A stretch of DNA of 63,132 bases from a virus (lineage: Duplodnaviria; Caudoviricetes), in the IMG/VR virus record IMGVR_UViG_3300027759_000092, positions 1 through 63,132 of that record. One strand, given 5' to 3'. Positions 52,579-62,106 of this stretch are shown here, piece after piece (position 1 is the first letter of the stretch; each line of letters opens with the position of its first letter). The notes under the pieces were generated by a model. The model was given only the letters and a program-made list of their open reading frames with translations. It was not told the origin of the DNA and searched no databases. The translations under genes were made by a program, and so were the position numbers.

Positions 52579-52925
52579 TATCCAACCTTCCAATTCGTTC
52601 CGTCAGAGTACACGGGCACAGCCACTGCACCGCCAGTCACAACTGTAGCTCCAAATGTTGGGCCTAAAGCATCTGTTACAAAAGCCCTTGCACCCTTGCC
52701 TGACGTAACTGCACTAGGTAGCGTAGCTACAGTGTAGTTAGTCAAAGGAGGCACTACGCCAGAAGCCATTAACTGAGTAGTTAACGCATCAAGCCTATTA
52801 AAGTACAGACGCAGAATGTTTAGCATCTGGTCAAAATACTGGCGGTTGTACTCTTCCGGAGGAAGCGGCATATTGGGTGCGGCTACCTTGTTTAAATCAA
52901 AATCAGTGGTGACAATAAAGCTCAT
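52578..52925 (-). CDS. small tail-associated protein
   Basis: APNMPLPP...LRLYFNRL; YTVATLPSA...VYSDGTNWKVG fibre-type motif. Confidence 0.6.
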   Translation of the reverse strand: MSFIVTTDFDLNKVAAPNMPLPPEEYNRQYFDQMLNILRLYFNRLDALTTQLMASGVVPPLTNYTVATLPSAVTSGKGARAFVTDALGPTFGATVVTGGAVAVPVYSDGTNWKVG

Positions 52926-55006
52926 CGTCTGCCGTCCGGTCTAATGTCAATACGGGTAGAACCCAACTGCCATGTTGTTCCAAGGTTAGAGGAACCAACC
53001 TTTAAGATAAGTTGACGACCCCGAACCCGTGTATTAATCTGACCTGTAAAGCCTTCAGTCACTGTGTATTGAGCGCCCGTCAGCTTGTCTACATCACCCG
53101 TTGCAGGCGTACCTGTACCAGAACCTGAGTTCTTCATTGGGTATAAGGTGTAAGTTACTTCAGGCGTAGGAGATGCGTCAGAGCCTGAGAACGTCAGATC
53201 AGGCAACATTCTCCAGACAAAGCCAAAGTGTTCTCCGTCTTCAATGTCAAACTCAGAAGAAGAGATGTAAGAAGTAATGCCTGCGGGTGTACCTGTTTCG
53301 TTGTTGTCTAAGCCATATTCTTGATTAACCAAGTTATAGCTGTATGTAGCGGCTACAGGGTAGTCTCTTAGACCAGAGTCCAGCCATGCTGTTCGTGCCA
53401 TCGTGCCGTAGTACCAGACCTTTTCAAGGTAGTTGTACACCACATAACGATCCACAGTTAAGCTACCCGTTGAGCAGTAGAACCACCAGATTTCGTTAAA
53501 ACCCTCGTTGGTACTAGCAAAGACCTGTTGGTTCTGGTCAAGGTTAATGTCTTGATAAATGTACCTACGCAGGTCGCAACTTAATGTTTGTAAGCGTCCA
53601 TCGTACATATAGAACTTATCTACGCCCATCCAGTACACCACGCCTGAAGCTTGGGCGGCGGCGTTTTGACCCAGAATAGAAATGTTGTCACCCATCAACT
53701 GGCTAGACCAGACCACAGGTGGGCCAATGTACTGCATAGAATAAATAGCAGAATCAGTCCACACCAAAATCTCTTGACGAGTCTGGATGGCGGTCACAAT
53801 GCTGGAGCCGTGGGACAAGGTAACGCTACCAGCTTGATTGGTTGCAGAGGGTGTCCAGTCAACCAAAGACTCCTGATCCGACCAGCGAACCAACATAGGA
53901 CTCTGCACTGTAGAACTATAGTCATTACAGCCAAATGCAAACACAAACCGACTTACATCAGATACGTAGATGAAGTTCTGGATAATCGGAGCATCCGAAG
54001 ACCCGGCCAGACTTGTGATGTTTACACCATTAGGCATGATGTAGTGAATACCAGACTGCGATCCAGAGGTGGTAATAGCCGCACCGCCGGGTGTTAGAGA
54101 CAAGTTAAATGTCGTACCAGTGGTGTTTTTAACATAGTAGACAGTGCCGACCGACAATCCTGTAGGCAAAGCAGACGGATAACCTGAGTTTGTCAAAACA
54201 ACTGGAGTGTTGTTTACCAGTGAAATAGACGTAGTTACTACGGCAGAAGCACCAATCGTGACCGTAAAGGACGCTGGTGATAAACCAAACGAAGCATCCC
54301 AATAGTAAATTGGGCCACCACGGTAGCCATAAATTAAATCTTCGCCAAAGTTATTCTGGCTCCATAGACGCAGAGCGGCGTTACTTGTACCACTAAAGCC
54401 CCAAGTGCCAGAACCCCAAGCGCCTGCGCCCCAGCCTGTTTGTGGTGTTTCGTAAGCTACGCCAGTATTAATCTGGTAGACAGCAGACACTGTAGTGCCG
54501 CCGCCGGTTGCAGTAGATGAAGCCGCAGAAGCCGCTGTGATGTTGTATGTATCTGCATCAATCAGAGTAATCTGATATTCATTGTTTAGGTTTAAACCAC
54601 CCACAGTAGCTACATTGCTGAAGCTCACAAAGTCTCCGTTAGCCGCGCCATGCGCTGAGTCAGTGACTAGAACTGTGGTACTTGTATTGGTGGTAGTAAA
54701 AGGGTTGCTTAATACAGCCGCCGCACGGATAGGCGTGATGTCGTAATACTGACCGCCATTCTCAAGGTAAAACTTTAAGTTAGTACCCACTCCGATTAGG
54801 TTCAAATTCTCAAGCGTGATCCAGTTCCACAAAGAACGGCATACACCTTGGAAATAAGAAACAGAGATACGTGCCCAGCCACCAATCTTTTCAGGCGTAC
54901 CTTGGCGAAACCGCACTTTGTCGGACTCATACCAACCATTCTCGTTGGTATAACGGGTGTTCTCCCGGTTTACTCCCGGCTTCATTGCAAGTTTTTTAAG
55001 TGCCAT
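52922..55006 (-). CDS. tail nozzle / packaged-DNA stabilisation protein (P22 gp10-like)
   Basis: 694 aa beta-rich; KVRFRQG, VRWSDQE, EIWWFY, VVYNYLE; precedes ejection genes. Confidence 0.7.
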   Translation of the reverse strand: MALKKLAMKPGVNRENTRYTNENGWYESDKVRFRQGTPEKIGGWARISVSYFQGVCRSLWNWITLENLNLIGVGTNLKFYLENGGQYYDITPIRAAAVLSNPFTTTNTSTTVLVTDSAHGAANGDFVSFSNVATVGGLNLNNEYQITLIDADTYNITAASAASSTATGGGTTVSAVYQINTGVAYETPQTGWGAGAWGSGTWGFSGTSNAALRLWSQNNFGEDLIYGYRGGPIYYWDASFGLSPASFTVTIGASAVVTTSISLVNNTPVVLTNSGYPSALPTGLSVGTVYYVKNTTGTTFNLSLTPGGAAITTSGSQSGIHYIMPNGVNITSLAGSSDAPIIQNFIYVSDVSRFVFAFGCNDYSSTVQSPMLVRWSDQESLVDWTPSATNQAGSVTLSHGSSIVTAIQTRQEILVWTDSAIYSMQYIGPPVVWSSQLMGDNISILGQNAAAQASGVVYWMGVDKFYMYDGRLQTLSCDLRRYIYQDINLDQNQQVFASTNEGFNEIWWFYCSTGSLTVDRYVVYNYLEKVWYYGTMARTAWLDSGLRDYPVAATYSYNLVNQEYGLDNNETGTPAGITSYISSSEFDIEDGEHFGFVWRMLPDLTFSGSDASPTPEVTYTLYPMKNSGSGTGTPATGDVDKLTGAQYTVTEGFTGQINTRVRGRQLILKVGSSNLGTTWQLGSTRIDIRPDGRR

Positions 55007-55009
55007 CGC

Positions 55010-55453
55010 TTAATCCAACAAAGCGCACTCAGCCGTGCGGCGTTTAAACAGTCCCGGCAGTACCTTACCGCCACCTTTAGTCCAGAGCATCAGTTGTTCT
55101 TTTGCCCCTTCCCAATCATTGGCATTGATTTTCCTCTTTAACGTGCTTGTTTGCAAGCGTCCAGTGCCTAAGTTATAGCAGAAATCTACGATGGCATTGC
55201 ACTTACGAACGTCTGTAATCAGACCGGGACAGTTACGCAGAACACCGGGCAGGTACGTATGCTCAAGCTCAATCATCAAAAGCGCCCGTGCCGTAGGTTC
55301 ATCCATCGGCGCATCTTCCAAAGTGACCTTGCGTTTATCTGCATAGTAAGTAGAACCATAGCCAATCGTGGCTACGCCTGCCGGACATAAATACGGCTTA
55401 GCGCGGTAGCCCTCAAACTGACGGCACAGACTGGCGGCTAACTCTAGGTTCAT
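55010..55453 (-). CDS. endolysin, GH24 lysozyme
   Basis: FEGYRAKPYLCPAGVATIGYG (E-x8-C-x5-T), YNLG, LPGLFKRR. Confidence 0.92.
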   Translation of the reverse strand: MNLELAASLCRQFEGYRAKPYLCPAGVATIGYGSTYYADKRKVTLEDAPMDEPTARALLMIELEHTYLPGVLRNCPGLITDVRKCNAIVDFCYNLGTGRLQTSTLKRKINANDWEGAKEQLMLWTKGGGKVLPGLFKRRTAECALLD

Positions 55454-55635
55454 TGTGTTTCTTCAAAACTGTCAATACAAGTACATCCTCGCTCCATACA
55501 GGCGGGGTCAAGGTCAGGTATGTGCTTGTCGATTGCGTCATATATCTTAGTACGCAACATGGTTGGGCTTCCATGAAACAGTATTGCAATGTTCATTAGC
55601 TCTGTAATAAGCTCTTTAGACTGTAAATATTTCAT
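55450..55635 (-). CDS. hypothetical protein in lysis cassette
   Basis: 61 aa, ATGA-coupled on both sides. Confidence 0.55.
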   Translation of the reverse strand: MKYLQSKELITELMNIAILFHGSPTMLRTKIYDAIDKHIPDLDPACMERGCTCIDSFEETQ

Positions 55636-56126
55636 ATGCCGCGTTGCTTCAAAGTACGGTCAAGGAACCAATAGTTAATTGTCCCAGACAGTAGGGCAGA
55701 GAAGTCGGGTGTCATCATGGTCTTAAACACTTCTACGGCTGGCGCACCGGCAAGCCATGCGTTCCATGCAAACCATACATGGATGAATGACCAAACAAAC
55801 AAGACCCAGTAAGTCACAACCGGGCGTACAGAAGCTGACAGACTAGCTACCCAACCGCCTGCGGCTTTGACCATCTCGGCCTGCTGAGTGATGGCGTTGT
55901 TAAACGCATCCATTACACCTACGTCCATAGCGGCTTCGCGTTGAGCGCCTATCTCAGCCAACTTCTGCTGACCGCGCTGGGCTTCCAAGTCACACTGATG
56001 TTTAAACATAGCCAGTTCATGCAGGCGCTCATTCTTCTTGTCAAAGAACTTCAGCACTTCGGGGGCCATTCGGAACAGCCCACCAAACACAGAACCCAGA
56101 ATACCGCCACTTAATATGTCTAACAT
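55632..56126 (-). CDS. holin-like membrane protein
   Basis: ASVRPVVTY motif, hydrophobic segments, upstream of endolysin. Confidence 0.65.
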   Translation of the reverse strand: MLDILSGGILGSVFGGLFRMAPEVLKFFDKKNERLHELAMFKHQCDLEAQRGQQKLAEIGAQREAAMDVGVMDAFNNAITQQAEMVKAAGGWVASLSASVRPVVTYWVLFVWSFIHVWFAWNAWLAGAPAVEVFKTMMTPDFSALLSGTINYWFLDRTLKQRGI

Positions 56127-56401
56127 TTTTTGTCCTTTGTTTCTTCATTTTGCATGAGTTTGATACCAGACAGGAACCCAATCATGCCGCCGATAAGTGT
56201 AGAAAAAGCGGGTGAAATCATCTTGAATATCTCTGCGTTGTCCACCTCTTTGGCCCAAAGGCCAAGCATAAAGCTGAAGACCATAGCCAAAACAGAGATG
56301 CACAGGGTGAAGCTGACCATCAGCGTGACCCACAAGGTCAACTTGTCCTTGGTGTCCATTGACACTTTCTTCACTGGTCTGGGTATCGGCTTTCTGGTCA
56401 T
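56120..56401 (-). CDS. two-TM membrane protein
   Basis: Two hydrophobic helices; in lysis region. Confidence 0.6.
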   Translation of the reverse strand: MTRKPIPRPVKKVSMDTKDKLTLWVTLMVSFTLCISVLAMVFSFMLGLWAKEVDNAEIFKMISPAFSTLIGGMIGFLSGIKLMQNEETKDKKC

Positions 56402-56637
56402 ACATAAATATCCAGCTTACGGTTGGTAAAAATCTCAAGACTAAGTTGGTTGCGTTCTGCCTTCTTTACATACAACTCAAACTCAAGATCATCAATTTTG
56501 TCTTTCACCTTCTTCATCTTTAAAGCCTGCGCGTATTCTTCTTGCATACGTTCCGCTCTGCGTTCTAGCGCATCTGTTTTAGTTGGTTCGCCTCCCGGCT
56601 GAACCATTGGATACCACTTGTGTATGGGCGGGATCAT
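56398..56637 (-). CDS. hypothetical coiled-coil protein
   Basis: 79 aa, ATGA-coupled. Confidence 0.55.
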   Translation of the reverse strand: MIPPIHKWYPMVQPGGEPTKTDALERRAERMQEEYAQALKMKKVKDKIDDLEFELYVKKAERNQLSLEIFTNRKLDIYV

Positions 56638-56921
56638 TTCTTTTCACGCTCAAGTGCATCTTTGTATCCATGTACAACTTTGTTACGTAGCCATGTGGAA
56701 TCTGCCGTGCCCGCCCACTCTGCTAGGTTGTTCCAGATCACCATGTATTCTGTTGACTTGCAGTAGGGCGCATTCTTGTCGAGCCACGCCATCATTTCTT
56801 TGTGCCGCTGTGTTGGGTCGTGTACTGTGTAGGCAATCCCGTAGAACTCGCGCACATGACAGCCACTCTTGGCTACGGCTCCAACTAGCCCCAACAGCAG
56901 TAACAGAATGAGCCAGCGCAT
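56634..56921 (-). CDS. secreted/periplasmic small protein
   Basis: Signal-peptide-like MRWLILLLLLGLVGAVA; two cysteines. Confidence 0.6.
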   Translation of the reverse strand: MRWLILLLLLGLVGAVAKSGCHVREFYGIAYTVHDPTQRHKEMMAWLDKNAPYCKSTEYMVIWNNLAEWAGTADSTWLRNKVVHGYKDALEREKK

Positions 56922-56926
56922 TCATC

Positions 56927-57871
56927 TTAGAACGTAATAGAACCAGAGGCTGTGAATTTATAAATCCTAAATCCACCTGACGTTGAAATTGTTGGTGAAC
57001 CTGTTGTGCTTGTTGCGGCTATGAATGTGTCTGGATAACGAAGGATGACGATACCTGAACCGCCATTGCCGCCAGTACCACCGCCCGGCCCTGCACTAGC
57101 GCCTCCGCCTCCTCCGCCTGTATTTGCCGTGCCAGATACACCAGAGTTTGACCCCGAAAAACCACTATTACCACCACCTCCTACGCCACCAGCACCAGTC
57201 ACACTAGGTATATATCCACCACCTCCACCGCCACCAGCGTAAGTTACAACAGAGCCTGAAATAGAAGATGCAATGCCAGCGCCGCCTATAGTGCCAGAAG
57301 CATTCCCCCCTGCGCCAAGTATTCCAGCAGTACCCGCTCCCCCACCACTTCCGCAAACATAACCACTACCACCCACATTATTGTTACCGATACTTCCTGC
57401 GTTTCCTTGCCCAGATATACCTGTTGCTGGAATTAAACCACCATAACCAACACCCCCTCCAGAAGCACCAAATTGCCCTGTCAAAGGTGATCCGCCGGGT
57501 GTGTTATACGCTCCAAAACCACCACCAGAAGCCACAATATTTCCTGTGGTAGCACCTGATGAAGAAGCAAGCAATACAGAATTAGCTCCAGCAGACCCGT
57601 TATTGGCCCCCGATGCGCCACCACTTCCGCCAGCCCCGACAGTAATCCAGAGTTGGGTATTAGCAGTTACACCAGAAAAACCCGCAAGTAAGCCCCCTGC
57701 TCCACCACCGCCGCCACCATTTGTAACAGACCCACCATCACCACCTGCGGCTCCGCCACCGCCAGCAACAATTAAATACTCCACATTCTGCGGAGGCAGT
57801 CCTGTCCAGTTGTTGTCCTTAATGGCTTGGCTTGCCTGAGACAGTGTGAAGATGCCGCTATATTGGGCCAC
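56927..57871 (-). CDS. glycine-rich tail fibre/adhesin
   Basis: VEYLIVAGGG...ANTGGGGG...GGSGIVILRY; GTG start after AGGAG. Confidence 0.8.
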   Translation of the reverse strand: MAQYSGIFTLSQASQAIKDNNWTGLPPQNVEYLIVAGGGGAAGGDGGSVTNGGGGGGAGGLLAGFSGVTANTQLWITVGAGGSGGASGANNGSAGANSVLLASSSGATTGNIVASGGGFGAYNTPGGSPLTGQFGASGGGVGYGGLIPATGISGQGNAGSIGNNNVGGSGYVCGSGGGAGTAGILGAGGNASGTIGGAGIASSISGSVVTYAGGGGGGGYIPSVTGAGGVGGGGNSGFSGSNSGVSGTANTGGGGGGASAGPGGGTGGNGGSGIVILRYPDTFIAATSTTGSPTISTSGGFRIYKFTASGSITF

Positions 57872-57872
57872 G

Positions 57873-58223
57873 TTAGGCTCCTTGAGTTACTTCAACCCAT
57901 GACAATGTTGGCTCATCCCATTTAAACATCTTGCCTTCTACAACAGGCATGGGTGTAGGTGCAGACCATTGGTATGTGGCTTCGTCTTTAGTCCAAGAGG
58001 GGTAAGGCTGTGGCGCATAGAAACCTACGCCGTCATACAACATTCCAATACCAGCGTAGTTCTTACGCAATGGTCTGCCTTCAGGGTGTTGACCGCCAGA
58101 AGTGTTGTATGAGGTCTGAACCCACAAAGCTGGGTCGCCCCAGTGACCAAGGTTTAAAACGTCCTGCTCGATAACGATGACTTGCGTCACTACACCGTTT
58201 TCTACTTTTGCGAAATGGCTCAT
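57873..58223 (-). CDS. fibre-associated small protein (possible chaperone)
   Basis: MSHFAKV...WVQTSYN...RKNYAGIG...PQPYPSW, between glycine-rich genes. Confidence 0.65.
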   Translation of the reverse strand: MSHFAKVENGVVTQVIVIEQDVLNLGHWGDPALWVQTSYNTSGGQHPEGRPLRKNYAGIGMLYDGVGFYAPQPYPSWTKDEATYQWSAPTPMPVVEGKMFKWDEPTLSWVEVTQGA

Positions 58224-58232
58224 ATTTGCTCC

Positions 58233-59123
58233 TTAAAAAGTTACTGTGCCAGAAGATGTAAATGTGTAAATTTGATACCCATCAGCGTAGTTTATCTGAG
58301 GGCTTCCTGTTGTGGAAGTGGGTGCTGATTGTGTTGCAGGGTAACGAATGATTACGATGCCAGAACCGCCTGCGCCAACCATCGCAAGAGTTGCATTTAT
58401 TGATGAATTTACACCGCACCCAGCACCGCCTCCTGTATTTGCCCTGCCGTTTCCATTTGTAAGATTTGCGCCATCTATCCCGCCGTCACCTCCACCAGCA
58501 CAACCAATACCAGCAAAAACCGCACCACCGCCACCACCACCGCCTGCGTAAAAAACTCGTGCGCCTGTTATGGTTGAGCAGATGCCAGCACCACCATTAC
58601 CACCAAGACCCGCTGATGTTCCATTTAAACCAACAGAACCAGCACCACCACCGCCACCGCAGGCTCTAGCCCCCGATGAAGAAGCGCTACCATTTCCAGT
58701 CCCACCAGCAAATCCTTGACCAGATGTGCCTGTTCCACCGCTACTTGTTCCATTTATATTTGATGTAGCACCGCCACCTCCAGAACCACCATTTTGTCCG
58801 TTATTAAGAACTCCATTTGAACCAGCACCTCCACCCCCACCTCCAGTAGAAGTAATGGAACTAAAAATAGAGTTACTACCAGAATTTGCGGTTCCTGTTG
58901 CGGCGGCACCTCCAGCACCAACAGTCACAGTCAAAGCAGTGCCAGTAGCAACAACAAAATTAGCCGCCTGTTGAGCGCCCCCACCGCCACCGCCACCGCC
59001 ACCAGATTGAGTAAAGCCGCTTCCACCCCCACCAGCGACCACTAGATATTCAACAGTCGTAGGCGCACCAGACAGTGGGTTAAAGGTTGCGGAAAGGAAT
59101 CCACCTAATAAAGTTTGACTCAT
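58233..59123 (-). CDS. glycine-rich tail fibre/adhesin
   Basis: VEYLVVAGGG...GGSGIVIIRY. Confidence 0.8.
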   Translation of the reverse strand: MSQTLLGGFLSATFNPLSGAPTTVEYLVVAGGGGSGFTQSGGGGGGGGGAQQAANFVVATGTALTVTVGAGGAAATGTANSGSNSIFSSITSTGGGGGGAGSNGVLNNGQNGGSGGGGATSNINGTSSGGTGTSGQGFAGGTGNGSASSSGARACGGGGGAGSVGLNGTSAGLGGNGGAGICSTITGARVFYAGGGGGGGAVFAGIGCAGGGDGGIDGANLTNGNGRANTGGGAGCGVNSSINATLAMVGAGGSGIVIIRYPATQSAPTSTTGSPQINYADGYQIYTFTSSGTVTF

Positions 59124-59124
59124 T

Positions 59125-60816
59125 TCAACTCCATTTAATAATCACAACGCCAGAGCCACCGTTGCCGGGAATGCCGGTATACAGTCCTGAAGCTATGTTG
59201 GTTATTCCGCTTCCGCCGCCACCGCCACCCAAACCACTAGTGCCATTAGATGCGTTAGCAAAACCCCCACCACTACCTGCTCCACCGCCACCAGCACCAC
59301 CTGCGCCGCCAGTGGCAGGTGCGCCAGTAGTATATGTAGCGCCGCCTCCGCCACCAGCATAAGTTATGGATGTACCCGTAATAGAAGATGCTGTACCAGC
59401 ACCGCCAGCACCGCCAGCAGAACTTGTGCCATTAGAGCCAACTGCGCCTGCTCCACCACCGCCACCAGCACCACGATTACCAGCAGTTACTGCGTTTCCG
59501 CCTGAATTTCCTTGGCTTGGGGATGTGCTAGGCGTATTTCCTGCACCGCCAACTCCAGCTACCGTAGCAGTTGCGTAATCGACGCATCCACCGCCGCCAG
59601 AACCACCAGCAACGCCTGTAGTGGTTGAGCTACAAGTTGCTCCACCACCGCCACCAGCGGCAGTTATAGAACTAAAAACTGAGTTCCCGCCACTAACTCC
59701 AGCAACACCAGAACTTCCATTAGGCATACCGCCAGTACCACCAGCGCCTACAGTTACCGTGTATGTTGTACCAGCGGTGACAGATAAACCTGTGGCAGTA
59801 CGGAATCCACCCGCACCACCTCCGCCTGCCGTACCCGCACCGCCACCGCCGCCACCACCAACAACCAAGTACTGCACTTGTGTAGCACCTGCGGGAGCAG
59901 TCCATGACCCAGATGAAAAGAATACAACTACATTAGCCGCAAGCAAATTAGTAGGCGTAGTAGGCGCTAATGTTCCTGAAGATGTAAATGTATGAACAAC
60001 ATTACCTGCCGCATAAGTAACGGTTCCGCCAGTGTAAAACTGCACAGAGCCGGGGTATCTGACTATTACGATGCCTGAACCACCAGAAGCTGTACCAGAA
60101 GCCCAACCAGAGCCTGCCGCCGTACCACCACCGCCGCCACCTGTGTTTGCTGTTCCTGATACTCCAACGTCATAAGCGGCAACTCCCCCGTATCCACCGC
60201 CACCTATGCCACCTTTACCAGCATAAGTACCATTGTAAGAGCCGCCACCACCACCTCCAGCATAAGCTGTAACAGTTCCAGAAATAGCAGACGCAATACC
60301 AGACCCGCCACTTGCCGAAGAACTTGTCGGACTGCTTAATCCTACTGTACCAGCGCCGCCGCCACCTGCCCCACCTGTTCCATTGGTAGCGCTACTAGCG
60401 CCGCCACTATTTCCTTGACCAGACACACCAGCCCCAGAGACACCTGTGTAACCACTAGTAAACCCGCCCCAGCCGCCACCAGAACCACCAGAACTACCGG
60501 GAATTGCGTTGTATGTGCCACCTTTTCCACCGCCAGTTGAAGAAATATTTCCAAATACAGAATTTGATCCATTAGCGCCATTAGGAGCGCCAGAGCCTCC
60601 ACCACCAACAGTCACGGTATAAGAAGTTCCTGCCGTTACTGGATAAATTCCAGTTAATAGACCGCCAGCGCCACCACCTCCGCCAACCTCACCGCCACCA
60701 CAACCGCCGCCAGCAACGCAAAGGTACTCTACCCATTGAGGTGGATTAAATGCTGACCATGCGCCTTGACGAATGGCTTGGTTAACTTGTCTGAGTGTAA
60801 AAAGACCTTGTGCCAT
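59125..60816 (-). CDS. glycine-rich tail fibre/adhesin with two tandem domains
   Basis: VEYLCVAGGG...GGSGIVIVRY then VQYLVVGGGG...GGSGVVIIKW. Confidence 0.8.
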   Translation of the reverse strand: MAQGLFTLRQVNQAIRQGAWSAFNPPQWVEYLCVAGGGCGGGEVGGGGGAGGLLTGIYPVTAGTSYTVTVGGGGSGAPNGANGSNSVFGNISSTGGGKGGTYNAIPGSSGGSGGGWGGFTSGYTGVSGAGVSGQGNSGGASSATNGTGGAGGGGAGTVGLSSPTSSSASGGSGIASAISGTVTAYAGGGGGGSYNGTYAGKGGIGGGGYGGVAAYDVGVSGTANTGGGGGGTAAGSGWASGTASGGSGIVIVRYPGSVQFYTGGTVTYAAGNVVHTFTSSGTLAPTTPTNLLAANVVVFFSSGSWTAPAGATQVQYLVVGGGGGGGAGTAGGGGAGGFRTATGLSVTAGTTYTVTVGAGGTGGMPNGSSGVAGVSGGNSVFSSITAAGGGGGATCSSTTTGVAGGSGGGGCVDYATATVAGVGGAGNTPSTSPSQGNSGGNAVTAGNRGAGGGGGAGAVGSNGTSSAGGAGGAGTASSITGTSITYAGGGGGATYTTGAPATGGAGGAGGGGAGSGGGFANASNGTSGLGGGGGGSGITNIASGLYTGIPGNGGSGVVIIKWS

Positions 60817-60822
60817 ATATCC

Positions 60823-61686
60823 TCAGAATGTAATTGTTCCAGATGCTACGAATTTATACACCCGATACTGACCCGCAATGTATGTTTCTGGTGATCCAGT
60901 TGTTGATGTGGCAGGGGCTAAGTAAGATGGGTAGCGTAGGACTACGATTCCAGAGCCACCTGTACCACCTGCGGCTTGCGGATCATTTGCCCCGCCACCA
61001 CCACCACCGCCTGTATTTGCTAATCCTGAAAATCCATCCTGCCCTGCAACAGAACCTGCATTACCACCTCCAGCAACCCCTAATCCAGCAGAACCTGTAG
61101 CAGATGGGAATTCTCTGCTTCCTCCACCACCGCCTGCATATTGAATTGAAGAGCCTGAAATACTTGAAGCAATACCTGCGCCCCCACTTCCACCATTGTT
61201 TCCGGGAGTTGCAGATACTCCAACAGAACCAGCACCACCGCCACCGCCAGCGGCAACAGGCGAAGAGGTAGTGGCAGTCCCACCGTTATTACCTTGCCCA
61301 GCCGTTCCAGTTCCACTTCCTGATGTTCCGCTACCACTGCCCCCAGCAGAGCCACCATTTCCACCACCTGAAGTAGAGCCACCGCCCCCATATCCACCGC
61401 CTGTGGAAGTAATACTGCTAAAAACACTATTTGAGCCAGCAGTACCACTGCCAGCAGTACCACGAGCGCCACCAGCGCCACCAGCGCCAATAGTAATTGT
61501 CAAGGCAGAACCCGTAGCAACAGCAAACCCAGTCGCAGTCAATAGGCCACCCCCGCCACCTCCGCCAGCACGGTCAGCACCACCACCACCCCCGCCAGCC
61601 ACACATAAGTATTCCACCTCTGTGACAGGGTAGTTAATGCCGTTTAAACCGGCTGATAAGTATCCGCCAACTCTTTCAAGAGACAT
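60823..61686 (-). CDS. glycine-rich tail fibre/adhesin
   Basis: VEYLCVAGGG...GGSGIVVLRY. Confidence 0.8.
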   Translation of the reverse strand: MSLERVGGYLSAGLNGINYPVTEVEYLCVAGGGGGGADRAGGGGGGGLLTATGFAVATGSALTITIGAGGAGGARGTAGSGTAGSNSVFSSITSTGGGYGGGGSTSGGGNGGSAGGSGSGTSGSGTGTAGQGNNGGTATTSSPVAAGGGGGAGSVGVSATPGNNGGSGGAGIASSISGSSIQYAGGGGGSREFPSATGSAGLGVAGGGNAGSVAGQDGFSGLANTGGGGGGGANDPQAAGGTGGSGIVVLRYPSYLAPATSTTGSPETYIAGQYRVYKFVASGTITF

Positions 61687-61698
61687 AGTAGCCTCCGA

Positions 61699-62097
61699 TT
61701 AAGCAATCAGTTCGTAGCTGATAGAGTAAGTAATGCCGCTGGCTGTGCCGGATGTAACAGTAATTGAAGAACCTTCCATCAGGTACAAAGCTGATGTCTT
61801 GTCTACAACAATTAAAGAAGCATTCTGCGGAACAGAAGCCACTGAAACAATTGGATAGGCCGTACCGCCGCTAGGGGCCGAGCCTTGAGCTACTGCACCG
61901 TTGGTGTAGATGCTTACAGTTGTGTTTACTGCCGCAGAACCGCTTACATTTGCCGCCACGATCTGGTTAATCTTCATCACTGTACCGCTAGAAGCGGCGT
62001 TAGGAAGAAGCACTACGGCTGTAGTTGCAGATGGTGTTAGATAGGTAGTTACACCGTAAATTGTGGTTGAACTGCCAGCAATATTTGGATTTGCCAT
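61699..62097 (-). CDS. tail-associated structural protein
   Basis: MANPNI...SISYELI, beta-rich. Confidence 0.6.
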   Translation of the reverse strand: MANPNIAGSSTTIYGVTTYLTPSATTAVVLLPNAASSGTVMKINQIVAANVSGSAAVNTTVSIYTNGAVAQGSAPSGGTAYPIVSVASVPQNASLIVVDKTSALYLMEGSSITVTSGTASGITYSISYELIA

Positions 62098-62106
62098 GAT
62101 GTTTCC

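Noticed and set aside
57045-61633. Pro-rich plus-strand ORFs (PPPPPPA...)
   Set aside because: Antisense shadows of GGN codons in the glycine-rich fibre genes; no RBS or operon context.
2454-61649. TTTAAAC as a coronavirus-type -1 frameshift heptamer explaining GTTTAAAC abundance
   Set aside because: The motif is palindromic, occurs in several frames and in intergenic DNA, and lacks consistent downstream structure or meaningful -1 extensions; a DNA-level explanation fits better.
56927-61686. Diversity-generating retroelement or invertible fibre cassette
   Set aside because: No reverse transcriptase or invertase, and no near-identical template/variable repeat pair; the paralogues are diverged throughout.
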